This document shows positions 9,101 to 19,061 of a stretch of 64,000 bases of DNA, in pieces. The notes beneath the pieces were generated by a model. It ran no database searches. It saw nothing but the letters and a program-made list of their open reading frames with translations, and was not told the origin of the DNA. Origin of the DNA: Deferribacterales bacterium (GTDB lineage Bacteria > Chrysiogenota > Deferribacteres > Deferribacterales > Geovibrionaceae); contig JBFWJG010000004.1 of NCBI GenBank assembly GCA_050253335.1, forward strand, positions 1-64,000, read 5' to 3'. Made by a program: the position numbers and the translations under genes. How positions within the stretch are numbered: the stretch's first letter is position 1; each line of letters opens with the position of its first letter.

Positions 9101-11518
9101 TTATGCATGCTTTTCTGCTGATTTCCTGTTTGCTCTCGGTTTTTTCACCGCCGGAGCCGCTTTTTCCTCAGCAGGCTTGGGCGGAGCGGGGAGAAGCGCT
9201 ATTTCGGCGACCTCTTCAAATTTTTCCACCGGAACAATTTCCAGAGAGCTTTTAACATATTTCGGCATAGCGGTAATATCCTTCTCGTTCTTTTTGGGTA
9301 TTATCACCTTTGTTATGCCGTGTCTTTTCGCGGCGAGAAGTTTTTCCTTCAGTCCGCCTATGGGGAGCACCTTGCCTGTGATCGTTATCTCACCTGTCAT
9401 GGCAACAGACTTATTGATAGGCCTGCCCGTGAAAACGGAGAGAAGGGCCGTTCCCATTGTAATCCCTGCCGAGGGGCCGTCTTTGGGGATGGCTCCCGCG
9501 GGAACATGGACATGTATGTCAAATTTGTTGAAGTCTTCCGGATCCACGCCGTAATTGGAGGCGATCGTACGCACATATGTGTATGCCGCGCGGGAGGATT
9601 CCTTCATTACATCACCCAGCTGGCCGGTTACAAGAAGATTCCCCTTGCCCTGATACTTTGTGCACTCAATGAAGAGAACATCTCCGCCGACGGGTGTCCA
9701 TGCGAGGCCGGTTGCAGTTCCGATTTCGTTATCCTTGAGCTCGTCTTCACCTATGTATTTCACTGCGCCGAGAAATTTTTCGGCCAGCTTGGGGGTTACA
9801 TGGAAAACACTGCCGTTCCCTTCCACAATTTTGCGTCCGACTTTGCGGCAGACTGTTCCTATGCTGCGTTCGAGGTTTCTCAGTCCGGATTCGCGGGTGT
9901 AGCTTTTGATAATGTGCATCACAGCCGCTTTTGAGAATTTTATCTGCTCCGGCGTGAGGCCGTTTTCTTTTATCTGTCTGGGGATCAGGTATTTTTCTGT
10001 TATCCTGAGCTTCTCTTCCTCTGTGTAGCCTGGGATCTGGATTATCTCCATCCTGTCGCGCAGGGCGTGGGGGATGGGGTCAAGGTAGTTCGCCGTTGTG
10101 ATGAACAGAACCTTGGACAGATCAAAGGGCACGCCGAGGAAATGATCCACGAAGTTAACGTTCTGCACGGGGTCAAGGACTTCAAGGAGGGCTGACGCAG
10201 GGTCGCCCCTGAAGTCGCTGCCGAGCTTGTCTATCTCGTCCAGCATGATAAGCGGGTTGTTGGTTCCTGCTGTTTTCATGCTCTGAATTATCTTGCCCGG
10301 CAGAGCGCCGATGTATGTTCTTCTGTGCCCTCTTATTTCCGCTTCATCTCTCATTCCGCCGAGGCTCATGCGGACATATTCCCTGCCCATTGCGCTGGCG
10401 ATTGATTTTCCCAGTGATGTTTTGCCCACTCCGGGAGGGCCCACAAAGCAGAGGATGGGACTTTTCATATCCTTTTTCAGTTTGCGCAGTGCGAGGAAGT
10501 CAAGGATGCGCTCCTTCACTTCTTCCAGTCCGAAGTGGTCGTCATTCAGGATCTGCTTGGCGGTTTTGAGATCCAGCTTCTCCTTGCTTGCCTTGCTCCA
10601 CGGAAGCTCCACAAGCCAGTCGAGGAAGGTTCTCGCCACTGTCGATTCCGCTGAGTCGGGGTGCATACGGGCAAGGCGCTTGAGCTGCTTGTCCGCTTCC
10701 TCCGCTATGGCTTTGGGCATTTTGGCTTTTTTGATCTTCTTTTCGTATTCCTCTATCTCGATCTGAAAATCGTCCTCTTCGCCGAGCTCTTTCTTGATCG
10801 CTTTAAGCTGTTCGCGGAGGAAGTATTCCTTCTGGCTTTTGTCTATCTCGCCTCTGGCTTCGTTCATTATCTTCTGCTGAACCTCGAGGATCGAGATCTC
10901 GCGGGTGAGGAACTCGCTGACTTTTTTGAGCCTTTCAATGGTATCGTCCTCTTCAAGAACCTCCTGCGCCTCTTCCATTTTGAGACCGAGGTTGGAGACA
11001 ATAATATCGGCGAGCTTTCCGGCATCGTCTATGGTCTCTATCACGGCGAGGAGATCGGGCAGCATCGGTTTTCCGAGGCTTACAGCGTTATGGAGCTGTT
11101 CCTTGACATGCCTTATCAGGGCTTCGGAGGCAAGGTTGTCCTCCGATGGTTCTTCCTTGAACGTGCTGATCCTGACTTTGGCGAAAGGCTTCATCTGGAT
11201 GAATTCTTCCGCAGTTGCTCTCTTAACGCCCTGAACAAGGATTTTGATCCTTTCATCAGGTAGTTTGAGCATACGGAGAATAACCGCCACTGTTCCTGTT
11301 TTGTTTATCTCATCCTCAGCGGGTTCCTCCTGAGAGGCATCCTTCTGGCAGGCAAGGAAAATGAGCCTGTCCGCGCTGAGGGCATCGTTCACTGCCGCAA
11401 TGCTGCTTTCTCTGCCGACAAAAAGCGGCAGAACCATATATGGGAAAACAACTATGTCCCTTACAGGCAGCAAGGGCAATTGTTCCGGTATTTTTACATC
11501 CGATTCAAACTGTTCCAC
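9101..11518 (-). CDS. lon: Lon (La) ATP-dependent protease
   Basis: Lon N domain, GPPGVGKT, DEIDK, PKDGPSAG catalytic Ser. Confidence 0.98.
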   Translation of the reverse strand: MEQFESDVKIPEQLPLLPVRDIVVFPYMVLPLFVGRESSIAAVNDALSADRLIFLACQKDASQEEPAEDEINKTGTVAVILRMLKLPDERIKILVQGVKRATAEEFIQMKPFAKVRISTFKEEPSEDNLASEALIRHVKEQLHNAVSLGKPMLPDLLAVIETIDDAGKLADIIVSNLGLKMEEAQEVLEEDDTIERLKKVSEFLTREISILEVQQKIMNEARGEIDKSQKEYFLREQLKAIKKELGEEDDFQIEIEEYEKKIKKAKMPKAIAEEADKQLKRLARMHPDSAESTVARTFLDWLVELPWSKASKEKLDLKTAKQILNDDHFGLEEVKERILDFLALRKLKKDMKSPILCFVGPPGVGKTSLGKSIASAMGREYVRMSLGGMRDEAEIRGHRRTYIGALPGKIIQSMKTAGTNNPLIMLDEIDKLGSDFRGDPASALLEVLDPVQNVNFVDHFLGVPFDLSKVLFITTANYLDPIPHALRDRMEIIQIPGYTEEEKLRITEKYLIPRQIKENGLTPEQIKFSKAAVMHIIKSYTRESGLRNLERSIGTVCRKVGRKIVEGNGSVFHVTPKLAEKFLGAVKYIGEDELKDNEIGTATGLAWTPVGGDVLFIECTKYQGKGNLLVTGQLGDVMKESSRAAYTYVRTIASNYGVDPEDFNKFDIHVHVPAGAIPKDGPSAGITMGTALLSVFTGRPINKSVAMTGEITITGKVLPIGGLKEKLLAAKRHGITKVIIPKKNEKDITAMPKYVKSSLEIVPVEKFEEVAEIALLPAPPKPAEEKAAPAVKKPRANRKSAEKHA

Positions 11519-11536
11519 TTTACCCTCTCCTGTATC

Positions 11537-11947
11537 TCAATTTTCTGTTTTTTTCAGCGTAACTGTGAGAACACCGTTCTTCAGTACAGCCTGTGTGTTA
11601 TCCTTATCCACGGGGAACGGAAGCTGCATTATCCTTTTAAAAGGCGCAAACTCCCTTTCAGCGCGGATGAAGAAGATTTGCTTATCCGTGCAGTATCTTT
11701 TTCTTATTCCTTCTATTATAAGAAGATTTTCGTAAAGATACACTGTAAAGTCATTAGACGTCAAACCGGGTAATTCGGCGGTAATGATCACTTCTGTGTC
11801 TCTGATCATAGCGTCCAGAGCGGGTGTTCCCGTTTCGGCTATGGGGCTTTTGGTACGCTCCATAACTTTAAGAAGCTCCTCCACTTCCTTTTTCATGAGG
11901 CCGTGGATAAAGCGTATCTTCGATATAGAGTCGTTTTCGCTGCTCAT
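11537..11947 (-). CDS. Hsp20 family protein (divergent), upstream of lon
   Basis: AELPG, ERE.APF.R...LP, LKNGVLTVTL. Confidence 0.85.
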   Translation of the reverse strand: MSSENDSISKIRFIHGLMKKEVEELLKVMERTKSPIAETGTPALDAMIRDTEVIITAELPGLTSNDFTVYLYENLLIIEGIRKRYCTDKQIFFIRAEREFAPFKRIMQLPFPVDKDNTQAVLKNGVLTVTLKKTEN

Positions 11948-11951
11948 TGTT

Positions 11952-12821
11952 TCACCTTGTTCTGCAAAGAACCGACATTAAGTCCATCATGGCGTCTTTC
12001 GTGTCTTCCCTTGAAAGGGCGAAGTGCACTGTGGCTTCGATCAGGCCGTGCTTGTTGCCGCAGTCAAACCTCTGCCCTTCGAAGCGGTAGCCGTAAACGC
12101 CGCTTTTTTCAGCAACAGCATGTATCGCGTCTGTGAGCTGGATTTCGTTTCCCGCTCCTGCCGCTGTGGTTTCCAGTTCGTCCATTATTTCAGGCGTCAG
12201 AATGTATCTGCCTATTATGGCAAGGTCGCTGGGCGGATCTGCTTTCGGTTTTTCCACCATATATCCGAGTTTATAGAGTCGTTCATCTATCTGCTTTTCA
12301 ACTTTTACTATCCCGTACTTGTGGGTATCCGCGAGGGGAACCTGCATTATGGAGATCACAGGCGCCTTCACTTTGTCAAACTCTTTTGTCATTTCGCCTA
12401 TTACCGACTTCTGAGCAAGTATTATATCATCCGGCAGGATCACGGCAAAAGGCTCACGCCCTACAATGTCCTTGGCGCAGAGGACAGCGTGCCCCAGACC
12501 TCTGGGCTCCTTCTGGCGGATATAAACCACATCGCACATATCGGAGATTTTACGCACCTCTTTCAGCAGATCCTCTTTGCCGGCCTCCGCAAGCGCGGTC
12601 TCAAGGTTAGGGTCACGGTCGAAGTGATCCTCCATGGACTTCTTTGTGCGCCCCGTGACGAAGATAATCCGTTCTATCCCGCCGTTCAGCGCTTCTTCCA
12701 CGCCGTACTGGATAAGAGGCTTGTCGATCAGAGTCACCATCTCCTTGGGGATAGCCTTTGTTGCCGGCAGGAGTCTTGTGCCGAAACCTGCCACGGGAAA
12801 AACAGCGCTTTTAACCTTCAT
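11952..12821 (-). CDS. galU: UTP-glucose-1-phosphate uridylyltransferase
   Basis: AGFGTRLLPATKAIPKEM, GLGHAV, VEKP, EIQLTDA. Confidence 0.97.
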   Translation of the reverse strand: MKVKSAVFPVAGFGTRLLPATKAIPKEMVTLIDKPLIQYGVEEALNGGIERIIFVTGRTKKSMEDHFDRDPNLETALAEAGKEDLLKEVRKISDMCDVVYIRQKEPRGLGHAVLCAKDIVGREPFAVILPDDIILAQKSVIGEMTKEFDKVKAPVISIMQVPLADTHKYGIVKVEKQIDERLYKLGYMVEKPKADPPSDLAIIGRYILTPEIMDELETTAAGAGNEIQLTDAIHAVAEKSGVYGYRFEGQRFDCGNKHGLIEATVHFALSREDTKDAMMDLMSVLCRTR

Positions 12822-12836
12822 TACATCATCCTTGAT

Positions 12837-13628
12837 TTATTTATGAAAAATAACGCCGGCGTAGCCGACAACTCTGTCATAGTCTCCGCTGACATGACCG
12901 CTGTGGGTGTGTTCCACAAGCTCGGTTCCTGAGCAGCCCTTCAGCCTGCAGCAGGTGATGGCGGCAGAGGCGGGAACAGCCCCGCACATAGAAATATTCA
13001 TCCCTGACACTGTTCTGGCAAGGGCTTTTTCATCAAGCGCCAGAACAGCTTGAAGAGCCGCCTCATCTTTTCTTTCAGTTATTGCCGCACTCTCAAAGTG
13101 GTTCATGTCGGAGCTCACTGCCAGAAGCGTCTCATCATCGCAAACGGATGCCAGTATCTCGCCCAGCTCCCTGCATGTTTCCGTGTTCAGCCCCATAAGG
13201 GTCACGGGGACAATCCTGACATCAGGGTTAAGATATTTTAGTACAGGAACAATTACTTCCAGAGAATGTTCATTGATGTGAGCCGCCGTGTCCGCCGTGC
13301 AGAGTCGGGATGCGGTGAGCTTTGACGCTGTTTCGGAGTCGATTTCGGCGTCTCCGAACGGCGTTTCCCAGCTTCCTTCCGGAAAAACCGAGATTCTAGC
13401 CCCCATTCCCGTATGGTTGGGTCCCATGAGTATCACTTTGTCAGGGATTTTCACCATTGACGCGGTTCTGACCGCTGTGCTGCCGGAGTATATCCAGCCT
13501 GCGTGGGGGAGCATAACGGCAAGAGCCTCTGCCGGCGGGGTGCCTGCGAGGTTTTTTTTAATGAACCTTTCAGCCTCTTTTGGGGATGCGGGATAAAAAA
13601 GTCCCTTTACCGCAGCTTTTCTGAACAT
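12837..13628 (-). CDS. amrB: AmmeMemoRadiSam system protein B (MEMO1 family)
   Basis: PHAGW.YSG, GPNH, EHSLEV, SSDMNH, SMCG, VVGYA. Confidence 0.92.
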   Translation of the reverse strand: MFRKAAVKGLFYPASPKEAERFIKKNLAGTPPAEALAVMLPHAGWIYSGSTAVRTASMVKIPDKVILMGPNHTGMGARISVFPEGSWETPFGDAEIDSETASKLTASRLCTADTAAHINEHSLEVIVPVLKYLNPDVRIVPVTLMGLNTETCRELGEILASVCDDETLLAVSSDMNHFESAAITERKDEAALQAVLALDEKALARTVSGMNISMCGAVPASAAITCCRLKGCSGTELVEHTHSGHVSGDYDRVVGYAGVIFHK

Positions 13629-14422
13629 AACAGCCTGCCTGCCTTTTCATACCATAAATCAGGCAGCTTGAGGGAAAGGCTGAAATAGCTGAAATCATTC
13701 AGCAGTATAATGCGCTTGTCGATCACCTTGTAAGCCCAGGGCTGCCTGTTTCTTGATATTACCAGTTCTTTAACTCTCTTGAAAGAGAACTGTTTCAGCA
13801 TGGGGAATGATTCTTCCAGCGTGTTGATATGCTCGGTGTTTTTCCGGCCTACTGTTATCAGCCTGTTGCCGTGGGCGCAGACCTCTATTCTGTCATTCCC
13901 TGTGAAAACCACAAAGAAATCGTTCCCGAAGGCTTCCTTCAGGCTGAAGTCTGTGTCGTACATCTGCATTTTTTCATTTCCGCTCAGAGATTCCATGCAG
14001 CCGGTGACTATGAATGAGTCAGGATATTCGCTCAGCAGTGTCTGGTGAGTGACTGCTTCATCCTGAGCATTTTTTATATCGTGGGAGTAAACCCCGAGGG
14101 TTTTCATAAGACAGAGATCGGTTATGTTGCCCTGCTCAAAGCCGCTTCCAAGCCCTGCGAGCTCCCCGCGGATTTTTCCGCCGTAGAGGAAGTTGAAGAT
14201 ATTTTTCTTCATTTTCATGCAGTAGTCAGCCGGAATCTCCTTCGGGTTCGCGCTTTTTCTCGCGGTTGTGTATGTGCCGCCGTGAAAAACATGGATGTTG
14301 GAGGAGGATATGGGCGGAAACTGATTGTTTGAGGCGATTCTCACGCTTCTGCCGGAGAATTTGACATAATCCGCTACTTTCAGCAGGTTCGGTGTGGGGT
14401 TGAGGAAAATGAATCCGGCCAT
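13607..14422 (-). CDS. Hypothetical protein
   Basis: 271 aa ORF filling the gap between mqnE and amrB, abutting one and overlapping the other. Confidence 0.7.
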   Translation of the reverse strand: MAGFIFLNPTPNLLKVADYVKFSGRSVRIASNNQFPPISSSNIHVFHGGTYTTARKSANPKEIPADYCMKMKKNIFNFLYGGKIRGELAGLGSGFEQGNITDLCLMKTLGVYSHDIKNAQDEAVTHQTLLSEYPDSFIVTGCMESLSGNEKMQMYDTDFSLKEAFGNDFFVVFTGNDRIEVCAHGNRLITVGRKNTEHINTLEESFPMLKQFSFKRVKELVISRNRQPWAYKVIDKRIILLNDFSYFSLSLKLPDLWYEKAGRLLCSEKLR

Positions 14423-14424
14423 GT

Positions 14425-15426
14425 TCAGCTTATCGTCCTGTAGAAAGCGTCACGTTTCACAGGCTCAAGCCCCGCCGAGATTATCATATTTTTCAGTTCG
14501 TCCTCCGTCAGCCCCGCGCTGCTTGTCGCTCCGGCGGCGTGGGTTATGTTCTCTTTTATTATGGTTCCGTCAAGATCGTCCGCGCCGAAACGGAGGGCAA
14601 CCTGAGCTGTTTTCTCACCCAGCATAACCCAGTACGCCTTGATATGGGGCACATTGTCCAGAACAATGCGGCTGACAGCCGCTGTCATCAGGTCTTCAAT
14701 GCCTGTTGCCGGTTTTATATGGCTGAGGAAAGTGTTCTGCGGGTGAAATGACAGAGGGATAAAGGCGAGAAAGCCTCCGGTTTTTTCCTGAAGATCGCGG
14801 ATTTTTTCCAGATGGCGCATCTTCTCCTCCCCTGTTTCGATGTGGCCGTAGAGCATGGTGGCATTGGTGAGAATCCCTTCTTTATGCGCGGTTTCGTGCA
14901 CCTCAAGCCATCTTTCCGCGGGGATCTTTTCTGGGCAAATCTCTTTGCGCACCCTAGGTTCAAAGATCTCAGCCCCGCCGCCCGGCATCATCTCAAGTCC
15001 TGCGTTTTTGAGTTTTCTGAGCACTTCCGTCAGCGAAAGTCCGGATATGGAAGCGAAATAGTCAATCTCTACAGCGCTGAAGCCTTTGATTGTTTTTTCG
15101 GGGAAAGCGGTTTTCAGCCCTTTCACCATATCGGTGTAGTAGCTGAATTTTTTCGAAGGGTGCAGACCGCCGACAATGTGAAGCTCGCTTGCGTTCGGAG
15201 CCTTGGAAGCGGCGTATTTTATGATGTCGTCCACATCCATGAACACCGCCGTTTCGTCTCCTTCATCCTTGGCAAAGGCGCAGAAGCGGCACTTGCTCAC
15301 GCATATGTCAGTGTAGTTTATATGGAGGTTATTGACATAAAAAACCTTTTTGCCCCACATCTTCTGCCGGAGCGCATCGGCCTTTTCGCCCGTAACCAGA
15401 AAATCTTCTTTGAAAAGATTGTACAT
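14425..15426 (-). CDS. mqnE: CofH/MqnE family radical SAM enzyme, likely aminofutalosine synthase
   Basis: CVSKCRFC, ELHIVGGLHP, MPGGGAEIF, HIKAYWVMLG. Confidence 0.8.
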   Translation of the reverse strand: MYNLFKEDFLVTGEKADALRQKMWGKKVFYVNNLHINYTDICVSKCRFCAFAKDEGDETAVFMDVDDIIKYAASKAPNASELHIVGGLHPSKKFSYYTDMVKGLKTAFPEKTIKGFSAVEIDYFASISGLSLTEVLRKLKNAGLEMMPGGGAEIFEPRVRKEICPEKIPAERWLEVHETAHKEGILTNATMLYGHIETGEEKMRHLEKIRDLQEKTGGFLAFIPLSFHPQNTFLSHIKPATGIEDLMTAAVSRIVLDNVPHIKAYWVMLGEKTAQVALRFGADDLDGTIIKENITHAAGATSSAGLTEDELKNMIISAGLEPVKRDAFYRTIS

Positions 15427-15512
15427 ACGGCTTAGATTTCCTTATCAGCAGATTATCTTACGGAAGAAAAATACAGTCTGAAAATTAACACACCTTGGTG
15501 TTTCGGGCAACC

Positions 15513-16469
15513 TTATTTATCCCGCCTGTATTTAATTCCTTTTTCATACATTTCCTTCCAGACCCTCAGCCCGTCAACCTCCACGGGATCCTTTTCCTTT
15601 GCTATATGTTCATTTATGAGTGCGGCCGCTTTGTCAAACTCATCATTTTCAGCATAGGCCGCCGCCAGCCTTTCGGCATTTGTGTTATCCGGCCGGAGAG
15701 AGTATGCCCTTCGTCCGTAGAGCACTGCCTTTGCCCCGTCTCTGAAATACGGGTCAGGATGGGTGGAGAGGATCCACGCCGCCTGAGAAAAGGCCTTTTC
15801 CATGGAGCTGTCCAGGATTGCCGCTGTTTCGAGATCTTTGATGCCGTCTCCGGTTTTTGAAACAGCAAAAAGCACCTGCGCCCGCTGGAAATAGCTTCCG
15901 GCATTTTTGGGTTCAAGCTCTATGGCGCGGGTCACGTCCACTATGGCCTGTTCGGGGCTCCCCGCTTTCAGGTATGCCTTTGCCCTGCCGAGGTAGGCCT
16001 CCGCGCTTTCGCCCTGCGCCTCTATCCCTCTGTTCAGATAGAAGAACGCCTGTTTTGTGTTCCCCAGTTCGGCATATGCGAGGCCGATCAGGGTATTTGC
16101 GCGGGCATAGGTTCTGGGCTTCTGAGTCAGCGCCTCATCCAGTTCCATTACCGCGTCATTGTATTTTCCGAGTAAGAAAAGGATTTCCCCTCTTCTGTAG
16201 TGCAGGTAAGCGGTGTTTTTATTTCTGCCCAGTGCTCTTGTGTATTCATAAAAGGCCCTGTCGTATTCCTTCATTGCGAAATAGGCATCCCCGAGAAGGG
16301 TTCTGTTTTCGCCTGAGTCATGTTCCTGAACGGCTTTTTCAAGATATCCGGCCGCCAGCGGCGCGTTTCCCGATTCAAGGGCGCTCAGGCCGCTTTTCCG
16401 CAGTTCAACGGCGGCTTTGGGCGCGCACGCCGCAAGGGCTGCTGCTGTGATCAATATATAAAGTCTCAT
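15513..16469 (-). CDS. TPR-repeat lipoprotein
   Basis: Start MRLYILITAAALAAC (lipobox) after GGAG; multiple TPRs. Confidence 0.85.
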   Translation of the reverse strand: MRLYILITAAALAACAPKAAVELRKSGLSALESGNAPLAAGYLEKAVQEHDSGENRTLLGDAYFAMKEYDRAFYEYTRALGRNKNTAYLHYRRGEILFLLGKYNDAVMELDEALTQKPRTYARANTLIGLAYAELGNTKQAFFYLNRGIEAQGESAEAYLGRAKAYLKAGSPEQAIVDVTRAIELEPKNAGSYFQRAQVLFAVSKTGDGIKDLETAAILDSSMEKAFSQAAWILSTHPDPYFRDGAKAVLYGRRAYSLRPDNTNAERLAAAYAENDEFDKAAALINEHIAKEKDPVEVDGLRVWKEMYEKGIKYRRDK

Positions 16470-16631
16470 GATATCTCCATAGTCGGCTTCATTAATAATA
16501 TTACTCCCTGAACACAAATAACAGAAGTTTTTTATGAAAAGAGCCACAGTTATTTTTTGTAATTATTACACACTATAACAAGTTTTATTTGTTAAATGTT
16601 TATATTCCCTCATCGGCTAAGGAGGAATGTG

Positions 16632-17315
16632 ATGATTCTTGAAATGGCTAAAACAGGCAGATACGGCGAGGTAACGCTTACCGAGGCGGATCTGGAGCAG
16701 ATGGAGAAAAGCTTCGGCGGAAAAGTGCCCGTAACTGTGGGGCACGAGATAGCCGGAAATATGCCCGCTGCCGGATGGGTTAAAAACATCTGGGCGGAGA
16801 AGGGCGTTCTCATGGGCGAGGCGGAGCTGGGGGACTGGCTCACGGAAGCCTACGAAAAAGGGGAATACCGCAACTGGTCAATAGGCGCGAAGAGGGACGC
16901 GGACGGCAGGCTTTACCTGCACCACCTTGCGTTTCTGGGAGCTCTGCCGCCTAAGATACGCGGCCTTGAGGTTGTGGAGATGGGCGACAGCGGCGATTTC
17001 CTGACCTTTTCAGGATCCATACCCGCTTATTTCAGCGAGCTTGAAGCGCTCCGCAGGGAAAAGAGGGAGAAAAAACTCAGTGAACTCAGATCCGCATGCG
17101 AAGGGAAAATTCCCGCCGCCAAGCTGGAGCTTGTGATGGAGTTTGCTGAAAACCTTGAGGGTACGGTGAATTTCGCAGACGGAAACGAGGCGGACGCTGT
17201 GAGCGTGCTGAAGGATGTTTTTTCGTCCCTGCCGGAGCCTGTGAAGGCGGGAAAAATGAACCTGCCCGAAAGGAGCGTTTCGGCGGAGCAGAAGGGAATC
17301 TTCGGGAAAATTTAA
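16632..17315 (+). CDS. Mu-like prohead protease/scaffold (gpI-like)
   Basis: VPVTVGH, PAAGWV, EYRNWS, LHHLAFLGALPP; ATG at 16632 after AAGGAGG; precedes decoration and capsid genes. Confidence 0.8.
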   Translation: MILEMAKTGRYGEVTLTEADLEQMEKSFGGKVPVTVGHEIAGNMPAAGWVKNIWAEKGVLMGEAELGDWLTEAYEKGEYRNWSIGAKRDADGRLYLHHLAFLGALPPKIRGLEVVEMGDSGDFLTFSGSIPAYFSELEALRREKREKKLSELRSACEGKIPAAKLELVMEFAENLEGTVNFADGNEADAVSVLKDVFSSLPEPVKAGKMNLPERSVSAEQKGIFGKI

Positions 17316-17327
17316 GGAGGGGAGAAG

Positions 17328-17690
17328 ATGGCAAAGTATGACGGAGTAATCGACAGGCGCGACATGGGTTCCGCCGGAATAATCGACGGCCGCCACCCTG
17401 CGGTGGTGAAGGTAATGCCTTTTAAGGCGGACAACGGAAAAATCGAAGCGGGGGAAATAGTCGTCCTCAATGCAGACGGGAAGGCGGACTTTTATGACGC
17501 ACAGGACGGAGGCACGCTCTCCGTTCCGGTGGGTGTCAGCATCTTCACCGTTGATACGGCAAAAGACAGCCTCGGGAGTGTTCTTGTGCACGGAACGGTC
17601 ATCAGAAGCGCCCTGAAAAACGGCGGAGCCAAGGCTGAGTCTGCCGCTGTGAAGGCGTTGGAAACAAATACGCAGATCTGGGCGTTTTAA
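17328..17690 (+). CDS. Head decoration protein (lambda gpD-like)
   Basis: 120 aa between protease and capsid; G.I.AG.IV...PVGV...VLVHGTV pattern. Confidence 0.65.
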   Translation: MAKYDGVIDRRDMGSAGIIDGRHPAVVKVMPFKADNGKIEAGEIVVLNADGKADFYDAQDGGTLSVPVGVSIFTVDTAKDSLGSVLVHGTVIRSALKNGGAKAESAAVKALETNTQIWAF

Positions 17691-17703
17691 GGAGGTTTGA
17701 AAC

Positions 17704-18690
17704 ATGCTTCAGTTTGACATAAACAGCTTTTTTTCAAGGGATTCTCTCATAAGAACCCTCACGGACATGCCGGAGCTTAAATCTCCCGTGCTTGATTCGG
17801 TTTACAGAACGGAGAAGAGGAGGAACCACCCTCTTCCCACGGTTGCGGTGAGCGACCTCCAGCAGCCCATAACAAATATAGCCATCAGCAGAAGAGGCTC
17901 CGCGCCCACGCCCCTTTACGGCGACACAGGGCAGATAACCCACATAGAACCCCAGCCGTTCAGACCTTCGGAGAGGCTTAACGGCGTTGAGGTGAATAAC
18001 TTCAAGCTCCTTGACAGGACAGGGGTTCAGCTTCTCATCAATAACAAGATAGACAGACTCAGAAGAGTTGTGCGCGCCTCCACGGAGGCACTGGCGGCTC
18101 AGAGCCTCACAGGGAAAATAAGCTACCCGATGATTATGGACGGCGGCTACGGCACATACGAAGTGGACTTCGGCTCCACTCTTTCCTACTCGCCTTCGGT
18201 TCTCTGGGATGATTCTCAGGTTGCGATAGACGACATCCTCGAAACCCTCATCGAAATGGAAGCGGACATTCAGGAAACAAGCAGATACGGCGAAGGCGTT
18301 AAGTTCTGGGCAGGCAAAAAAGCGTTTATGGCGCTTTCCAAACTTGTTCAGGCTTTTGAGGGGAAAAGCGTGATCGCTTCCATGGATGAAAAATCGATCC
18401 TCGTAGGCGGCTACAGAATCGAACTGATGAACTCCGCCTACATCGACCCCGCAACGGGCAGCCCCGTTAAGGTGGTGGAGGATGGAAAGCTTCTCGCTGT
18501 TGCGGCGGACGCGCCCTTCGAACTCATTTACGCTGTGCTGGACGATCTGGACAGCAACCTTGTCTCCATGCCCTTTTTCGTGAAGCCCGTGGAGGACAAA
18601 CGCACATCCTCAATCGAGCTTGTGGCGGAGAGCAAACCCCTCCCCGTGCCTTACACAAGGGCGATCAACTGGGCAACGGTAACGGAATAG
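17704..18690 (+). CDS. Major capsid protein (Phage_cap_E-like, HK97 fold)
   Basis: 328 aa; RRG, TE.LAAQ.LTGKI.YP, VDFG, C-terminal ESKPLPVP; strong RBS. Confidence 0.85.
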   Translation: MLQFDINSFFSRDSLIRTLTDMPELKSPVLDSVYRTEKRRNHPLPTVAVSDLQQPITNIAISRRGSAPTPLYGDTGQITHIEPQPFRPSERLNGVEVNNFKLLDRTGVQLLINNKIDRLRRVVRASTEALAAQSLTGKISYPMIMDGGYGTYEVDFGSTLSYSPSVLWDDSQVAIDDILETLIEMEADIQETSRYGEGVKFWAGKKAFMALSKLVQAFEGKSVIASMDEKSILVGGYRIELMNSAYIDPATGSPVKVVEDGKLLAVAADAPFELIYAVLDDLDSNLVSMPFFVKPVEDKRTSSIELVAESKPLPVPYTRAINWATVTE

Positions 18691-18694
18691 CGCC

Positions 18695-19039
18695 ATGGAA
18701 CTTACGGTTGACGAACTGAAACAGCATATTCAGCCGGAGGACTTTGACGCTATAACAGGCGGGGATGACGCAGTGGCCGAAACCTTTCTGGAAAACGGAA
18801 GGGAAAGGGTTAAGGGGATAATCGCGGGCTACGGTGTGGATTTTGACGAATCCGACTCCGTGATACGCCTCGCCGTGGTGAAGGCCGCGCTGAGCGAGCT
18901 TTACTCGTATTCGGCGGACTGGGTGACGGCGGAGCATTACCGTGATGAGGCTGTTCTTGTGCTCAGGCCTCTTTCTCCCGCTGTTTATCCGGACGCGGCT
19001 TCGGTTAACGGGGCAGAAAGCTGGAAAGGTTTTGACTGA
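18695..19039 (+). CDS. Head-tail connector (Mu gp36/DUF1320-like)
   Basis: 114 aa helical protein directly after capsid; LTVDELK...ELYS...YRDEA pattern. Confidence 0.6.
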   Translation: MELTVDELKQHIQPEDFDAITGGDDAVAETFLENGRERVKGIIAGYGVDFDESDSVIRLAVVKAALSELYSYSADWVTAEHYRDEAVLVLRPLSPAVYPDAASVNGAESWKGFD

Positions 19040-19061
19040 TAAAGGAAAAGGTTGAGGAACT

